Assembly (NCBI GenBank): GCA_964389655.1
Contig: CAYMED010000008.1
Coordinates: forward strand, 22,052 to 86,051
Source: an uncultured Candidatus Poseidoniales archaeon
Lineage (GTDB): Archaea; Thermoplasmatota; Poseidoniia; Poseidoniales; CAYMED01
Length of the DNA: 64,000 nucleotides
Reading direction: 5' to 3'
Numbering within the stretch: position 1 is the first letter of the stretch; every line of letters starts with the position of its first letter. The notes beneath the pieces were generated by a model. That model was not told where the DNA came from. It did no database searches and saw only the letters and a list, made by a program, of their open reading frames with translations. Positions 58,703-64,000 of the stretch are shown here, in pieces. The position numbers and the translations under genes are program-made.

Positions 58703-59284
58703 TCAACTGATAACCACTTCTCCCCTGTCAATCAGGTCAGTGCAGTACAGGTCTAAATTTGCCAATACATGTGGGGGGATTTGGTCCGGAATTGTTAGAA
58801 TCACTGACAAAGCATTTCGTTGTCGGAATGTATTGATGAATGTGTGCAGATATTCTGCAAGAATCCGTTCATCATTGTAAATTGATAGTGAATGCACGGC
58901 ATCAAGCATCACAAACATCTGAGATTCAGTTTCACTGCGCTGGAAATACATGGTGCGCAGCATGATACTTTCTAACAAAACAGGCGAATCAATAAAAGAG
59001 ATATTTGGACGGTCAGTTGAAGTGCCTCCCACTACTGAAGTAGATACGCAATCGATAAAATGAATGGGGGATGTATCGATCCCAATTTCTTCTAATGCCT
59101 CGATAATTTCAGACGCAGCTCTAGATGCAGAAATGTAAATTCCGCGCATGCCAAAACCTGCGGTAAGCGGGTGCAAGAGGCTGGCTACGACTTCAAATTG
59201 ATTTTCTGAACCCATGCGTACTTGGAGTGATGAATTGACACTGACTTTTGTCAAATCTTCGGCAATTCTCTCATCAATTTCCAT
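58703..59284 (-). CDS. Inactivated KaiC-like domain protein (DUF835-like)
   Basis: GIYISASR, IHFIDCVS, SPVLLESI, MLDAVHSLSIYN; no Walker A. Confidence 0.75.
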   Translation of the reverse strand: MEIDERIAEDLTKVSVNSSLQVRMGSENQFEVVASLLHPLTAGFGMRGIYISASRAASEIIEALEEIGIDTSPIHFIDCVSTSVVGGTSTDRPNISFIDSPVLLESIMLRTMYFQRSETESQMFVMLDAVHSLSIYNDERILAEYLHTFINTFRQRNALSVILTIPDQIPPHVLANLDLYCTDLIDRGEVVIS

Positions 59285-60042
59285 TACTCAGCAGCCCCCC
59301 ACTTGAGCGTCGGCGTCATCATAATGCCGTGAGGTGTTAGTTCCATCGTATAACGCGCCCTGCTATGATTTGTGCCCCGCATTTTGACCACTTGTATGTG
59401 CCTCATCAAATGCCCCATGCGCTTAGAATCGGCAAGCACAATGATCCCATCACTGATGGCTTCTTCAACGCCGAATGATGAATAATATGCTGTTGCTTGT
59501 GATGATGTAATTTCTGCAACTAGCAATGACGTGCACCCAAGGGTTGCCAATGTTTTTCCTAATGTGAATAAAAAGTCCCGAATTAATTGCTCGCTAGGTA
59601 TCTTATAGCACAATGTGGTGATCGAGTCTATCACAAGCCGAGTGACTCCAATTTTGTTAACAATGTCTGTGATAGCCTTGATCAGTGCCATAACATCATC
59701 TTTGTCAAATGTGGATTTGTTCAGGCCAATCCAGTCATTGAGCACATCCATGTCAAATACATTGATCAATCCTTGATCTACATAATTCATGTCAAAAAAG
59801 CCGAATTGTCGCACGTTCTCAAGTAATTTCACACTCGGTTCTGTGGCGGTAAAGTGTGCACATGCTTCTCCCATCCTTGCTCCATTTGTGAGAAATTCAA
59901 GGCCAAGTGTAGTTTTTCCACAGCCACAAGTTCCTGCTACAAGAACTGTTGAACCGTAAGGAATCCCCCCTCGCAGAATCTCATCTAGGCCGTGAATACC
60001 AGTGACACATCGGTCGCGCACATAGGCGGTGCCGGGTAGCAT
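59284..60042 (-). CDS. Single-domain KaiC-like ATPase
   Basis: TGIHGLDEILRGGIP, GTCGCGKTT, RLVIDSI, ISDGII, VVKMRGTNH. Confidence 0.92.
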   Translation of the reverse strand: MLPGTAYVRDRCVTGIHGLDEILRGGIPYGSTVLVAGTCGCGKTTLGLEFLTNGARMGEACAHFTATEPSVKLLENVRQFGFFDMNYVDQGLINVFDMDVLNDWIGLNKSTFDKDDVMALIKAITDIVNKIGVTRLVIDSITTLCYKIPSEQLIRDFLFTLGKTLATLGCTSLLVAEITSSQATAYYSSFGVEEAISDGIIVLADSKRMGHLMRHIQVVKMRGTNHSRARYTMELTPHGIMMTPTLKWGAAE

Positions 60043-60106
60043 CAAGGGGGGGAAGTCCTCCTCTCCTTGAAGAAGCCGCCGCCGCAGTTCTCACTTTGAA
60101 CTGCAT

Positions 60107-61180
60107 TCATGGATTACCAGGTGTTGGCGAAGATGAGATCTCCCAACCGCCATTCTGAGATGGAATCAGTGATTCATCATATCCAATCGCAGTCGTCATG
60201 GCAGTTCCAGGACCCCACCGAACAGTTTCTAGAGGTTCAAGCTCTATTGTGGCCATGTTGCTGAATGTCAAACGCACACCCCCTGCATTGTCCCCAAGTT
60301 TTCCTCCTTCTCCTCGCCCCAACCATCCTTGAATGCCCAGGTCGATAACGAGAGATGCATTACCCTCTTCCTGAGACGCTTTTTGGCCCGTTAGTAATGC
60401 CCTTTTTTGACCCGGTAACACATATTCACCAACTCTTCCCCCCGTCCACGTTCCATCACCTTCAAGAGTCATCATTCCATAATATTCTAGAGATAGAGCA
60501 AAAGCACCACGGTTTCTTACTTCGATCCATTCAGGTGATCCATCCGAAGGAGACACTAGAATCTCTGAAATCTCGATCACCTTCGAGCTTAAGCCTCCAT
60601 CGAGCACACCGAGTACCAATTCGATGGTTTCTTCTCCCATGCGCATTGTTCGTTTTGTCATTGAAGATGTGTGACTGTTGGTGGCAGTTGCACCCCCGCA
60701 GAAAATTTCCTTGCCAATGCGAGATGGATCGGGAGATTGAGATACCTTGATGCAAAGATAAAGGTGGTGATCTTTTGATAATCCAAGACCTCGTCCTGCT
60801 TGGTCTACAGTTAAATTAGCTAAGGCTTTGACTCGTTCTGGATCTATTTGGCCTAATTCGGTGGAGATACCTGGATGTGTCCAGCCTTTAGCAAGGGCTG
60901 TTGCATTCATGCGATGCCATTCAGAAGTAGAATTTTCCACGTCCCGATTTTCCCCAGCATCAAATGGAATGTGGACTCCTTCTGTCTCTGTCAATCGAGC
61001 TAATGCATCAACTGCTGCCCTATCTGTTGCTTCAATAGTTGGGTCATATGCTCCGAGGCGGATCTGTGCTAGGCTAAAGAAAGCCGTTATAATGACTAGA
61101 AAAAGCACAAATGCTGCTAAAAACTCGATTACCGCGATGATCGCTTCATCGCGAGCCGAATCGGTGCGCCGGGTTTGCAC
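60107..61180 (-). CDS. Pilin-like membrane-anchored protein with C-terminal lamin-tail-like domain
   Basis: From GTG 61180: RRTDSARDEA-IIAVIEFLAAFVLFLVIITAFF (class III-like leader), then ISEILVSP..PEWIEVRN..PTPG LTD signature. The ORF-track extension to 61435 overlaps the opposite-strand gene. Confidence 0.72.
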   Translation of the reverse strand: MQTRRTDSARDEAIIAVIEFLAAFVLFLVIITAFFSLAQIRLGAYDPTIEATDRAAVDALARLTETEGVHIPFDAGENRDVENSTSEWHRMNATALAKGWTHPGISTELGQIDPERVKALANLTVDQAGRGLGLSKDHHLYLCIKVSQSPDPSRIGKEIFCGGATATNSHTSSMTKRTMRMGEETIELVLGVLDGGLSSKVIEISEILVSPSDGSPEWIEVRNRGAFALSLEYYGMMTLEGDGTWTGGRVGEYVLPGQKRALLTGQKASQEEGNASLVIDLGIQGWLGRGEGGKLGDNAGGVRLTFSNMATIELEPLETVRWGPGTAMTTAIGYDESLIPSQNGGWEISSSPTPGNP

Positions 61181-61301
61181 GGATGCTGAACTTGCGCTTA
61201 CTGCAATGAATCCTGCGCAACATAATGAACATAATGTTGGTTGTACAACCGTTTCGTTCATCAGGCGCCCCGCCGACGAAGGTATGTTGAGGGGACTAGG
61301 T

Positions 61302-64000
<2,699 letters not shown>

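Noticed and set aside
57890-60042. Circadian clock (kaiABC)
   Set aside because: Only single-domain KaiC-like proteins; no kaiA or kaiB.

Overview
Archaeal chromosomal segment. Gene content and order point to Thermoplasmatota, most likely a marine Poseidoniia (Marine Group II-like) genome; this placement is my inference, not a database result. Core genes: RPA and its partner, polyprenyl synthase, geranylgeranyl reductase, class II HMG-CoA reductase, a complete A1Ao ATP synthase operon (H-I-K-E-C-F-A-B-D), panE, nadB, smc-scpA-scpB, orc1/cdc6, rps6e-aIF2gamma-PIN, dph2, a purine PRTase, rpl10e, mutS-mutL and moaA. Accessory loci: a Tad-like type IV pilus motor operon headed by a phage tail-tube-like small gene (4.2-7.1 kb), an island of small genes (41-48 kb), and a KaiC-pilin cluster (57-61 kb). 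Two real genes are missing from the ORF track because they run off the window edges (1..1240 minus; 61302..end plus). Most notable observations: (1) a dense ACGCGT palindrome array with a 21-bp tandem repeat at 34.8-35.0 kb, directly upstream of an atypical AAA+/winged-helix operon and lying between smc-scpAB and cdc6; (2) a Tudor/EF-hand/chromo-barrel protein with a decayed duplicate and a GC-rich structured element behind it; (3) apparent pseudoenzymes (HemC-like, site-2-protease-like); (4) a recurring TT[G/C]AA element at the expected TATA position. I saw no tRNA, rRNA, CRISPR array or transposase. The terminal poly-G is probably a sequencing artefact.
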